Below the pieces are notes generated by a model. The model had not been told where the DNA came from and searched no databases. It saw only the letters and a program-made list of their open reading frames with translations. A stretch of 63,817 nucleotides of DNA, counting the filler, from Octopus bimaculoides (Eukaryota): assembly GCF_001194135.2 (NCBI RefSeq). It is 6 parts of 5 records of this genome, joined end to end, with 100 filler letters (N's around TTAATTAATTAA, not from the genome) between each part and the next. Parts side by side here need not be neighbours in the genome. Positions count along the whole stretch, not along the records: positions 31,640 to 44,249 come from NC_068981.1; positions 44,350 to 57,448 come from NC_069008.1; 4 more parts are not named here. One strand, written 5' to 3'. Below, in pieces: positions 39,467 through 51,705 of the stretch (its first letter is position 1; each line of letters opens with the position of its first letter). The position numbers and the translations under genes were made by a program.

Positions 39467-40550
39467 GTTCAGTAGTTTTATTTTTATAACGTGCTTTCAC
39501 TTCACTACCGAGCGGAGCTCTGTGCGCCTTGGGTATGTGCTGTGGTTTGCTGTGGTGCTCTTATGGTTACTGTATTGAAAGTGTTTTGCGTAGGATGTGT
39601 GCAATGCCCAGTAGTGCAATTTTCTGTATGTTATGTATATTTGTAAGTCCTGGTGTTTTTGTTATGTATTTGTCTGAATATTTTTTTATTATGCCTAAGG
39701 CACCTACTATAATAGGAATTGTTTCTGTTTTTAGATTCCACATTCGAGTTACCTCTATTTCCAGGTCTTTGTATTTTGAAAGTTTTTCCATTTCTTTTAG
39801 AGAAACGTTGTCATCTGCTGGTATTGATACATCAATTAGAAAGCATTTTTTTCTTCATGATCTTTGACAACTATATCTGGTCTATTTGCCTTAATTTCTC
39901 TATCTGTGTGTATTGGCATATCCCAGAGTATGGTTGCGTTCTCGTTTTCTGTGCCCTTTTCTGGCGTGTGCTTATACCATTTTTTTCTGTTGTTATTCCA
40001 TAGTATTGGCATAGCTTCCAGTGTATGTAGGTCCCAGCTCTATCGTGTCTGTGAATAAATTCCTTCTTAGCCAGGACTGGGCAGCCAGAGATAATATGAT
40101 TTATTGTTTCTTGTCCATCTCCACATATTCAACAGTTACTTGTTATGTNNNNNNNNNNNNNNNNNNNNNNNNNNNNNNNNNNNNNNNNNNNNNNNNNNNN
40201 NNNNNNNNNNNNNNNNNNNNNNNNNNNNNNNNNNNNNNNNNNNNNNNNNNNNNNNNNNNNNNNNTCATCGTATTTGTTAGGTAGATTGATTTCTTGTTTG
40301 TATTTGTCAGCTTCCTTAAATACTGAAAACAATTTTTTGTTTTGCTCGTGTTTTGTGGCTATTTGTATTAGTTTTCCTTGCTTCTGGAGTAGGTATTTTT
40401 GCAGTCCTATGGTGGTTATTTTATAATAGTTTTCCAGCTGTATAAGACCCCTGCCACCTTCTGTGCGTTGTATATATAGCCTTTCTATGTCAGATTTTGG
40501 GTGGTGCATCCTATATCCTGTCATTATCTGGCCAAACCCTCATCAATTTC
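39467..40550 (-). mobile_element. R4/Dong-like LINE 3' part with REL endonuclease and (TAA)n tail; shorter 3' ends at 41088-41340, 41408-41558, 43530-43830, 43942-44249
   Basis: MHHPKSDIERLY, ILWDMPIHTDREIKANRPDIVV, EKLSKYKDLEIEVTRMW...PIIVGALG; four of these copies share the 3' UTR ...GGTAGTGAAGTGAAAGCAC..TAAAAAATAAAACTACTGAA (diverged in 41408-41558), 43530-43830 is a different subfamily. Confidence 0.9.
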
Positions 40551-40995
40551 TTTAAAATATCATTTGAAGCGGAAGGTGAGGTTAGAGAGGGAGATACTTC
40601 CTTCTAGTATGTTTATCAAAAGGTGGTCGACCGTGGCAAGACCGGTGAGACCGAATGGACCGACTCTGAGTATGCTTTTCGAAGCAAGAGAAAAGAAACT
40701 GGAAGAGAGCACTTTCCCATGCCTTGGGGACGGTAGAGTAATCCGAGATGTTTGCGTGGGGTTTATCCCAAATTACCGTAAGTGGACTGCCTCGCTATTG
40801 GGGATTCTATTTATTCATTTATTTATTTATTGTTTCTTTAATTTCTGTTATAATCCTCTGTTATATCCTTTAATGTGGTAGCATCTCCCTTCGATCGAAG
40901 TAAGGCCTCACCTGTTTTTGCTTTGTTTTTGTTTGCTGTAACTCGTCCTTCGATATTATCCTCCATGTCTTGGGCTCCTGTGGCCAATAAGAAAA

Positions 40996-41091
<96 letters not shown>

Positions 41092-41336
41092 TAGTTCTAT
41101 TTTTATAGCGTGCTTTCACTTCACTACCGAGCGCAGCCCTGTGTGCCTTGGGAATGTGTTGTGGTTTGCTGTGATGCTCTTATGGTTACTGTATTGAAAG
41201 TGTTTTGCGTAGGATGTGTGCAGTGTCCAGTAGTGCAATTTTCTGTATGTTATATATATTTGTAAGTCCTGGTGTTTTTGTTATATATTTGTCTGAATAT
41301 TTTTTTATTATACCTAAGGCGCCTACTATGATAGGA

Positions 41337-41412
<76 letters not shown>

Positions 41413-41569
41413 CAGTCTTATTTTTTATTATGTGCTTTCACTGCACTTCCGAGCACAGCTGTGTGCTTTGGCTATGTGGTGTGGTTTGTTGTGGTATTCT
41501 TATTTTCACTGTATTGAAAGTACTTTACGTAGGATGTGTGTGGTGCCTAGTGGTGCTTTATCATTATTA

Positions 41570-43385
41570 TTATACTCGGTAGCCTATTCGGAGGTCGACA
41601 CCTTCCTCCTTACGCGATACAGAGAGGGCTGGGACCACAGCTGGCTTCGAGAGTTCTCTGATCAATTTGGATCAATCAAAAGCATTCGCTACTTTGAAGC
41701 CGTCCTGAAAGCAGGCGGTTTTGGACCCGTTTTCAGAGGCTGGATCGCTGCATTGCACAGCAGCACTTGTTCAGTGGTCAAAGTAAACGGCCACCTATCG
41801 GAGCCGTTTGGTATCGCACGCTCGGTACGTCAGTGCTTCCCGCTGTCGTCTCTTCTATACGTATTGGCACTGGAGCCAGTGTTGCGTAAGTTGGAACTGC
41901 TAAGGAGAATCCCTTTCGAAATGGGACAAGGAAGGGCAGTGTCAACATACGCGGACGACGTCACCGTCATGGTGACGAACGCCTGCGAAGTAGAGACAAT
42001 CGGCACCACTTAAAAGAATATAAGTCGGTTGCAGTGGCTAAAAACCAACGCCGACAAATCGGTTGGTTTGCGGTTGGGCTCCTGAAGAGGCAGGACGATG
42101 CCATCGGACGGCGTTGTCGGACACTGAACCGACGGACCAATTAAAGTGCTCGGGGCTTGGTTTGGTCCCGACCACCAAGTTGATAAGAACTGGGATGCGG
42201 TGGCGAACAGGGTGGACAGACTTACCCAGAAATGGGCTCAAAGAAAACTTCCCTGAAAGGTTGGGCAGAGGTGGCGAATGCTCACATCGCCTCCGTTATC
42301 ATTTATCGCCTGACCGTCGTGCCTCTTATTCAAATTCTTGTGGAAGGGACGCGGTCCAATAGTCAGGTGGTTAGTCTGTTGCCAGCATCCTCTGAGTGGC
42401 GGATTAGGTATGCTGTGACTCCAAATGCGCAGACATGCTCTTAGCTTACGCTACCTGCAGCGATTTCTGAATGGTGAGCGTCTATCGGCTACGTCTGTGA
42501 GGCTCGTCTTTCTGCAGCTCGTTTCTTTAACGGAGCTGCAGTCCTGGGTGAAGAAAAGACCGAGACTGGGTGCCTGGCCCCTAGAATGTCGTCAGACGCT
42601 CACAACACTCTACCAGTCAGGCAATGGATGTTCCGTTTTAGAAATTTATAGAGGATTAGTGGTGAGGAAGTGCGACGACAAGAACGAACTGGCTAATCTG
42701 TTCCAGAGGACTGTCCGGTTGGAAACTATCATGGATAATTTCCGGATCTACTTGGCCTGGCAGTGCTACCGAGGAGCGCTACCGGTTCGAGATAAACTCT
42801 ATAGGCACGGATGTACTGTCAAGCGGACTTGTCCGAGGTGCGAAACCTTTCTTCACCCCTTCGTTCAGTGTCTGGGCATTGTTGATTTGTGGGTTTATGT
42901 TGAACAGCTGCTGTCACATATGGGACGGATCTGTCTGTCGGCCGAATCTGTAGTGATGATCGCACCGCCGCCCTCCTTAAATCGGGCAGCCAAGGCAGTT
43001 TTCCTTTGCCTGGAAGGCTGTGGCGAAAGAGGTTGTTTGGTGGGCAAGGCTGAAAGGCATGCGGACACAGATACATTCATCTTTAGTAGAGCTCTCATTG
43101 ACTTTTCAAGTTTCACTTGAAAAGGGAAATTTCGGACTATGGGGTTCCTCGGTTATCCCTAGAGGCCTTCCTGTATCAGGAGGGCCACATCTCTATCATT
43201 CTCCCGCCATTTTTTTTTTTTTTTTACCTTTGTATGCTATGCATATGTCTCTTCTTTTTCAGCGTATACCGTGTGCTGTTAATTTTTCTTTCATGATTTC
43301 ATCATTATATGTAAACCTCAACACTTTATCTCTGTCTCTGTATTGTCCCCCTCATTCTTCACCCTTGTGGCAAATAAATGAAACC
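41570..43385 (+). mobile_element. Tx1/L1-like LINE, 5'-truncated ORF2 (RT + C-terminal Zn domain) and 3' UTR; another 3' end at 40547-40990
   Basis: VNGHLSEPF..RSVRQCFPLSSLLYVLALEP, STYADDVTV, WQCYRGALPVRDKLYRHG...CPRC; frameshifts present. Confidence 0.88.
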
Positions 43386-43437
43386 ATTATTGTTATTGTT
43401 GTTTTTGTTGTTATTATTATTATTATTATCATCATCA

Positions 43438-43496
<59 letters not shown>

Positions 43497-43909
43497 GATA
43501 TTATTATTATAACACTAGTGCTTGCTAATTTAGTTAGCAGGTATTTCATCTTGACGTTTGGTAACAACAAGTTTCCTCAAATTTCAAGAATTTTTCTAAA
43601 GATTCATGCAGAATATTGGATGGAACTTTTCTGCAGGTCGACAATGCAAGTTTCAATTTCAATTACTTTTAGTATTTTATGCAGCATTTTGGATGTTGCA
43701 CCAAGTGTACCAATTACTGTTGTCTTGGTCTTCCACAGTCTCATCAGCTCTCTGACTAGATCCTGATATTTATCAGTTTTTTTTTTTTCAATTTCTTTGG
43801 CATCGACTCTGCTATGATAGGAAAATTATTATTATTATCGTTATAATTATTGCTATTATTATTGTTGTTATTATTATTATTATCATTGTTGTTATTATTA
43901 TTATTATTA

Positions 43910-43941
<32 letters not shown>

Positions 43942-44349
43942 GTTCAGTAGTTTTATTTTTATAACGTGCTTTCACTTCACTACCGAGCGCAGCTCTGTGC
44001 GCCTTGGCTATGTGCTGTGGTTTGCTCTGGTGCTCTTATGGTTACTGTATTGAAAGTGTTTTGCGTAGGATGTCTGCTGTGCCCAGTAGTGCAATTTTCT
44101 GTATGTTATATATATTTGTAAGTCCTGGTGTTTTTGTTATGTATTTGTCTGAATATTTTTTTATTATACCTAAGGCACCTACTATAATAGGAATTGTTTC
44201 TGTTTTTAGATTCCACATTCGAGTTACCTCTATTTCCAGGTCTTTGTATNNNNNNNNNNNNNNNNNNNNNNNNNNNNNNNNNNNNNNNNNNNNTTAATTA
44301 ATTAANNNNNNNNNNNNNNNNNNNNNNNNNNNNNNNNNNNNNNNNNNNN

Positions 44350-44435
<86 letters not shown>

Positions 44436-44454
44436 CTGGAATCTAAATGAACTA

Positions 44455-44900
44455 ATCCAAATAGACAGGAAAACAAGAAAATAATGACAGAATTTAGAAT
44501 GCACCGCCTAAAATCTGACATGAAAAATGCTATATATAAAACGTATCGAAGGTGATAGAGGCCTTATAAAGGTAGAAAACTATTATAAACTAAGCAGCAT
44601 AGGACTACAGAAATACCTGATTCAGAAGCAAGGAAAGCTAATACAAATAGCCACAAAACACGAACAAAGACAAACACTGTGTTCTGTCTTGAACGAAGGT
44701 GACAAATGCAAAAACGAAATCATAGTACCTAACAAATATGAGGACAAAGAAGAAATAATAAAAGCTGTAAAACAACTGAAATCGAGACTAAAGCTTGAAC
44801 AGCAACGTATCATGTAAAATGATGGCAAGAAAAGCCACTACGTGGCAAATATTTGGTTAAGCTAAGCAGAAAAGTAATCGACAAAACAATGGCTGCGAAT
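44455..44900 (+). mobile_element. R4/Dong-like LINE internal fragment
   Basis: MHRLKSD..LYIKRIEGDRGLIKVENYYKLSSIGLQKYLIQKQGKLIQIATKHEQ, homologous to 40265-40524. Confidence 0.85.
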
Positions 44901-45429
44901 CTCAAAACTCAAAGCAGAGATTGACGGATCACGAAAATTATACTACCTATTCTTAAACCCACCATGAAGACTGGAGTGAAATAAGGAGAAAAAGAAAGAA
45001 ATGGGGTCTACTTACCCAGTGTGTGCTTACCCAGTGTGTCCTTCACTGCCGAGGCTTTTACACCCCACCTTTCCTACTGACTAATACCATCTTAACGCAT
45101 AGAACTCAAAACCGTCAAAAATAAGGGCTTCATTTTGTGTCAGAAATCCTGATTTCGCTTGTGACCCGAGGTTGTTGAGCAGGTGACCTTGCTTTCAGGA
45201 CGACACTTGATCACGAAAATTTATACTACCTATTCTTAAACCTACCATGAGGACCGGAGTGAATAAAGAGAAAAAGAAAGAAATAGGGTCTACTTACCCA
45301 GTGTGTGCTACTAGATGTCAGATGGTTCAACATCCGTAACTCGTTACGGATCCTTTAGGAAACCGATGAAAAGCTTACACGTGGATTTTACATCAGAGGT
45401 TACTGCGTGAGGTAAGCTCTATCTAGTGT

Positions 45430-47156
45430 TTTTATATGTTCGCAAACGTATTCGCACCGCCATCAGTGTTTCTGGCACCAGAACGGTGCTGGAGCCGAAC
45501 ACCACACCCGCTTTCTCGATGTCCTTCCTTCGTGCTATGAGAGCCATCAATTCTTCGTTGCTCCTTCTCAATAGCATAAAGTCTTGTGGTTGTGTGCTTG
45601 GTTGATGCTGTCGGAGCTGTTTCCTTTTCGTGGGTTGTTGTAGTTGTGGTCGTGTTGGTTGCTGGTTGTGAGAGTGGTAGATGTGTTGGCCACTGTAATG
45701 CTAATGGTGTTGGCGATTCTATAGGTGTGTTGTAGGTGCCTGTGTTAGTGTGGATGCCTGTGTTAGTGTGGGTGTCTGTGTTAGTGTGGCTGTCTGTGTT
45801 ACTCTTGGGTTGTGTGTTAGTGTAGGTCACGATGTCTCATAGCATCATACGTTTTTGTCTTTTTGTTTTTGGGGTTCTTCTTCATTTTAACTGCATGATG
45901 CGGATGTATCTGAGACTGTGGGTTGCGAGTCTATATATGTATTTGGATTTAGAAAAGATTCGTTGAGAGACACCCTGGGTGTTTGCACCCGTTAATATTA
46001 TCTTTTCTGCTGTTGAAGATGGTGTTACTGCATCTACCGCTGGTGTTGATGGTGTTGGTGCTGCTGTTGTTGCTGTTGTTTCTGATACTAGTATTCTTCC
46101 ACTATTTGATGACGTTGCTGTTTCTGTTGTTTCTGTTGTTGTTGTTGTTGTTGCCGTTCTTGCGGAGTTGGTAATTCTTTTCTTGATGGTTGCTGGCTTT
46201 GTCCTTTGAGGCTTTTGGCGATCTGGTGTTGTTAGAGATCTGATGTTCTATGCTTCCTTGTTTTCTGTTGGGGACAGAAAGTTCGCAAGTGACCAGTCTT
46301 CCCAACAAGTGGCACTGTTGTTTTCTGTCCTTAATATACCGTGTAGCTCTCCCCTTCTTGGAAGGCCAAACGTTGTCTGGGATCTTATGGGTTGTGTCTG
46401 GTTTCATGTAGAGTAGCACTTCCACACTGATCCCGGATCAATTTACATGACGGGACGGCTTCACTTTCAGAAGGCTATTACTCCCTTTCAAAAACTCTAC
46501 ATGTTAGCATCGTCCATAGATTTTCCTCCGGTGGGATATGCGAGATCTTTATCTGCTTCGTCCTCTTTCCTAAATACGATGGGTGGAGTAGATATTTTTC
46601 GCTCCAATATGGAATCAAGGACTGTTTGGCAGCCAGAGCTACAATCTGAGAGAGCGATGAAACGCCCGCAAGCGGCTTTGATCTGGATATATGCTGAATG
46701 TTGGGCATTAAGTCTTCCAGCACATCTTCCACGTCTACCCAACTATCCGTCCCTTGTCGTTTTCTAAGTAACACATTTATAAATATGTTTCTTTATCTGA
46801 GTTTCTACAAACACCATAAAGGGGGAAGGCGATGACCGCCATCAATTTTTCCAGCTTTATCAGACTGGCAGCTTGGGACAGACATATCCTTCTGCAATAC
46901 TTTGCTTTTATGTAGCTCTGTGCCTTTCGCAGCTGTCGATGCGGAAGTATTGATTGTTGGTGATGTTGTTATTGCTGCAGCTGTTCGTTGTCATAGTGGT
47001 AGATTGATCCACTGTACGTTGAACTTGGTGGGTGCCCACCTCCACTTCTATTTGCGGGTGGAAGGCAGAGGGTTCTTGCAACTCCTCATCGGAGCTGCTT
47101 CTTACTTCCTCCTCCATGTCACTTAGGAGGGAGGTTGTTCTCATGTTTGTTTCCAA
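45430..47156 (-). mobile_element. Probable Tx1/L1-like ORF1 (gag-like) remnant
   Basis: Consecutive frameshifted minus-strand ORFs (METNMRTTS..., ...YLGKRTKQIKISHIPPE..., ...GRATRYIKDRKQQCHLLG...) with a degenerate Zn-knuckle-like segment and T/N-rich tail. Clade assignment is inference. Confidence 0.55.
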
Positions 47157-47188
47157 AATAAATCTTCCTTCAAAACATGATGATGATA

Positions 47189-47240
<52 letters not shown>

Positions 47241-47979
47241 CGATGATGATTTTGTGGCTATGATGTCAAACTGTACACGTTTGAGGAGACTCGATGTGGA
47301 AATAATGAAGTTAATCTAAACAAAAATCCCCTTCATATAAGCCTAGGGAAAGCTGTAGTACCTGTAAGCCCAACAGGTGACCTTGAAATACCAGGTTGGC
47401 ATCTGACAGGGCTGGGCAACACTTTTAGAGATGATGTCTCAACAAAAATAGCGGTAATTGTATCACCTCATCATCGCAACACTCTCTATGAGTGAAAATG
47501 ACAAATGGAAAATGATCTGAACAATAGTGAGAATGAGATTGGAATTGTTAGAGGTGAAGTCCTCTCGCCTGGCAGGGTAAGTCCGGTCGTCATCTAGCGA
47601 CTGTAGTACGAAATAAAGGCAGAAAGACGGATTGCATTGCTAAAGGAATGTTACATCCGGAGCGAAAATAGCAGATTTGGCTACATTGGACAGACTGAAC
47701 GATGTAGTTTGGAAAGGGAAAGTTTGATGTAACTGGACAAAGACTAAGTGAACAATAAAGACAAATGAAATTGAAATTGAAATGAAATTGAAATGAAATT
47801 GAAATTCTGAAACAATAACATCAATACAACAACAATAATATCGATTCGAAATCTTGACCAGCAATTTGGAGGGTAGATGAGTAAGTCGATTTATCAACCA
47901 CTAATGTTCAACTGGAAGTTTTATCTTAACGAAGAATATAAAAATAAGTCAACAGTAATAATAAAGAAGCTTCACTTAC

Positions 47980-48277
47980 TTCTATAGAAGGAAATCTCGT
48001 TTCTGTCATTCGTGCTGACGACTGTCATTATATTTTTCGGTGAGTAATTCTTACAAACATGGCTGACGTTGTTGTAAGTAATGAATTCTGATTGGCTGTT
48101 TAGAGCGATGACGGCACATTGCAGTGCACTTGATACGATGGAGAATTGTTGTGTTGGAGGTGTCTGAAGATAACCATAGGAATAACCAGGTTCCAAACGA
48201 TTGTAGTAAGCGTCATCAAATTTCTGATCTGAGGTAACAGCCATGATTGTTGTAAGGGTTAAGAGCAGCACTTCCAT
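47980..48277 (-). CDS. First coding exon of a secreted PAN/apple-like domain protein (downstream exons not found)
   Basis: gcaATGG start (an in-frame ATG also at 48310); MEVLLLTLTTIMAVTS signal-peptide-like segment, then DQKF...SSALQCAVIALNSQSEFITYNNVSHVCKNYSP...ISFYR with the PAN-like C...(F/Y).YN....C pattern; phase-1 GTAAGT donor; no stops in 99 codons. Confidence 0.7.
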
Positions 48278-49310
48278 TGCATCTGGACGGGTAAAATGAA
48301 ACAGGGACATTCTTGGCTCTGAGATTACTAGAGGGAGACAGATGGGGAAAGAAATGGCCTGAAAGAAAGAAAGAATGGGATCGTGAGAGATATGGGGAGA
48401 GGGTAAGAGAAAGGCAGANNNNNNNNNNNNNNNNNNNNNNNNNNNNNNNNNNNNNNNNNNNNNNNNNNNNNNNNNNNNNNNNNNNNNNNNNNNNNNNNNN
48501 NNNNNNNNNNNNNNNNNNNNNNNNNNNNNNNNNNNNNNNNNNNNNNNNNNNNNNNNNNNNNNNNNNNNNNNNNNNNNNNNNNNNNNNNNNNNNNNNNNNN
48601 NNNNNNNNNNNNNNNNNNNNNNNNNNNNNNNNNNNNNNNNNNNNNNNNNNNNNNNNNNNNNNNNNNNNNNNNNNNNNNNNNNNNNNNNNNNNNNNNNNNN
48701 NNNNNNNNNNNNNNNNNNNNNNNNNNNNNNNNNNNNNNNNNNNNNNNNNNNNNNNNNNNNNNNNNNNNNNNNNNNNNNNNNNNNNNNNNNNNNNNNNNNN
48801 NNNNNNNNNNNNNNNNNNNNNNNNNNNNNNNNNNNNNNNNNNNNNNNNNNNNNNNNNNNNNNNNNNNNNNNNNNNNNNNNNNNNNNNNNNNNNNNNNNNN
48901 NNNNNNNNNNNNNNNNNNNNNNNNNNNNNNNNNNNNNNNNNNNNNNNNNNNNNNNNNNNNNNNNNNNNNNNNNNNNNNNNNNNNNNNNNNNNNNNNNNNN
49001 NNNNNNNNNNNNNNNNNNNNNNNNNNNNNNNNNNNNNNNNNNNNNNNNNNNNNNNNNNNNNNNNNNNNNNNNNNNNNNNNNNNNNNNNNNNNNNNNNNNN
49101 NNNNNNNNNNNNNNNNNNNNNNNNNNNNNNNNNNNNNNNNNNNNNNNNNNNNNNNNNNNNNNNNNNNNNNNNNNNNNNNNNATATATATATATATATAAT
49201 GCAAGTTACAAATACTAAAATTGTCTTCAATATACTAAATGATTATATGCATAAATATATTAATTTCATTTGTTAATAAATTAGTGACAATAATAATAAT
49301 AATAATAATA

Positions 49311-49358
<48 letters not shown>

Positions 49359-49949
49359 AATAGCTTTTTTTACTTACTAAATAAATCTAATAACCAAAAT
49401 TATTATTATTATTATTATGGTATTTTATAGTTTATAACTTGAACCCTTACTACGACAATGGTATTTCGCTACTTCTGAACGAGTCAATAAAATTTGGATA
49501 CATCATATTTATTGTTCTTTAATAAAAAAAATAATTAAATATTTATCGAGAACAATGCTCAATACTTGTTTTGGGCATATTTATTTTTATTTACTGAGTT
49601 CTCCCTTCCATAATATACGAATAATAATCTTTATTTAAGTAACTTAAAATCTGGTTACTTCTATAAAAAAAAACTAGCAATATTTTGATTGATATCCATT
49701 ACTATAGCCTAATTCTACATCTATGGGGTATTTTAGGTTATAGTGTTTGTAGCTCTAAATTTATCTTCATATTTATTACGGAATTCTCCCTCCGAAGAAC
49801 AATAAAGAACATTTTCATTAGTTACTTTAAACAATCTTTTTTATATCAATAAATTTATTATATATTAAAGATGTAATTATTATTTAAATTATTTTGCACG
49901 TTTTATTACAGTTTGTAGATTAAGTAAGAATCTGATACTTAATTATATG

Positions 49950-50003
<54 letters not shown>

Positions 50004-50239
50004 ATGTTATTATAATAGAGAAAGATTGTCTTCGACATAAACGAGTTTGGATTAATGTTATTTGAGATCTATAAAAATATATTTCGATAGGTGTAGATTA
50101 TTCCTATTTAATTATTTTGTCCCTTGTAATTACTTTGTTGTCTTTTAATTGTAATCGATATATAGTTGAATAATTATCGCTCACGCCCATAATACATACA
50201 TTTTAACAATCCAGCCCTACTTTCACACGGAATTTCGTC

Positions 50240-51705
50240 TATCTTTAAACCACTGGCACTGATAAGATATATGTAAGGGAAATGAATTCAGTTCTATATT
50301 TAAGAGATGAGGAATTATGTGCATTATTTACATTCAACGGATACTTGTCCTCTTCTTGTTTGTTGTTAAGAAAACGTTTCGGCTGATATACCCTCCAGCT
50401 TTCTTCAGGTGTCTTGGGAAAATTTCGAACATGGGCTCTCATTCCTAAGGTATATGTCGATGTTATTATTATTCTTTTGATTATTATTGTTCAGGTCACC
50501 GCTTGGAATTGAACTCGGAATCTTGGGGTTAGTAGCCACTACGCCATATGCCCGTGGGCAATTATGGAGTGAATTTTAGGGCTTATAAATCCAATATTTT
50601 CCTATCCTTCCTTAATACCGGTTCCCATATGCTATTCATATCTGCACTCAGTCTGCTTAGGAGGTTGTTGTGTCCTAACATATATGCTGCTTCTTTTAGT
50701 TTTCGTATTTTCTAGTGGTGTTCTCTGTCTATTATTTTAACTTCATCCCACAGGGGGAGGTGCTCTCCATTTTCCCATACATCATCAGCTGTACCCGATT
50801 TATGAATATCTCCTCGTGTCACAGCTTTGCAATGTTTGTCTACCCTTATTTTGAGGGGGAGACATGTTTCACCTTTGTATAACCTACCACAGCTGCATGG
50901 GATGGTGAACCCATAGCTAAACCCTCCTCTTGTCGATATACATCAGTGTCCATACTGGAGTAGGTAGTTTCTACACAGAAGGTCATTTCCATCAAGTTTC
51001 TTATTGGTATGCTAGTGCGTTCTTTTAGATGGGTGTCTGTTCCTATATTTTCTTGTATCACTAATAATGCTTCACCATTTGGGACTTTGGTGAACAGGCT
51101 TATCACATCTAAACTCACCAATATCAAAAGTTCGCTATCAAAAGACTACAGAGTGGCAATTCCATGATAATACTTCCAGCGGACAAGGGAAATGCTACAG
51201 TGGTGATGAACAAGTCTGACTGCTTAAAAATTGGCAAGTCTTATAAGTGATGGTAGCTACAGCAAAGAAAAGAAAGACCCAACTCTGAAAACAGAGAGGG
51301 AATTGTCACGGATCTTGATCAAGAACAAGGAACACTTTACACCAATGAAGTACAGACAACTGACTCAAGACCACAGTAAACTACCACACATGTACGGTCA
51401 CCCTAAGATTCACAAGGATGGTATTCCATTAAGACCTATAATGAGCTGTAGAGGTTCAGCATGTCATCCACTGAGCCGCTTCTTGGTGGATATAATGAGT
51501 CTATCACCAGGAAAGTCAACATTGTACGTGAAGAATTCCACCCACTTCACAGAATTGATCAAGGTTACTCCCATTAAATCCAACCAGATGGTGAGTCTAG
51601 ATGTGATAAGCTTGTTCACCAAAGTCCCAAATGGTGAAGCACTATGCGTGATACAAAAAAACTAGTGACAGACACCCATCTTTAAAAACGCGCGCGCGCG
51701 CTCAG
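50240..51705. mobile_element. Penelope-like element split into divergent halves (RT start on +, 51126-51705; RT remainder, EN tail and pLTR on -, 51125-50240); hammerhead remnant 50368-50412 (-)
   Basis: + strand: DKGNATVVMNK, KLPHMYGHPKIHKDGIPLRPI, VSLDVISLFTKVP. - strand: VSLDVISLFTKVP..., RQEEGLAMGSP, LWDEVKIIDREH. HHR remnant ACAC-CTGAAGA-A-AGCTG...CAGC-C-GAAAC-GTT. Confidence 0.85.

Noticed and set aside
47643-47745. In-frame candidate exon 2 for the PAN gene (IFVQLHQTF...)
   Set aside because: No recognisable domain, ends quickly in a stop, and the region looks like repeat debris.
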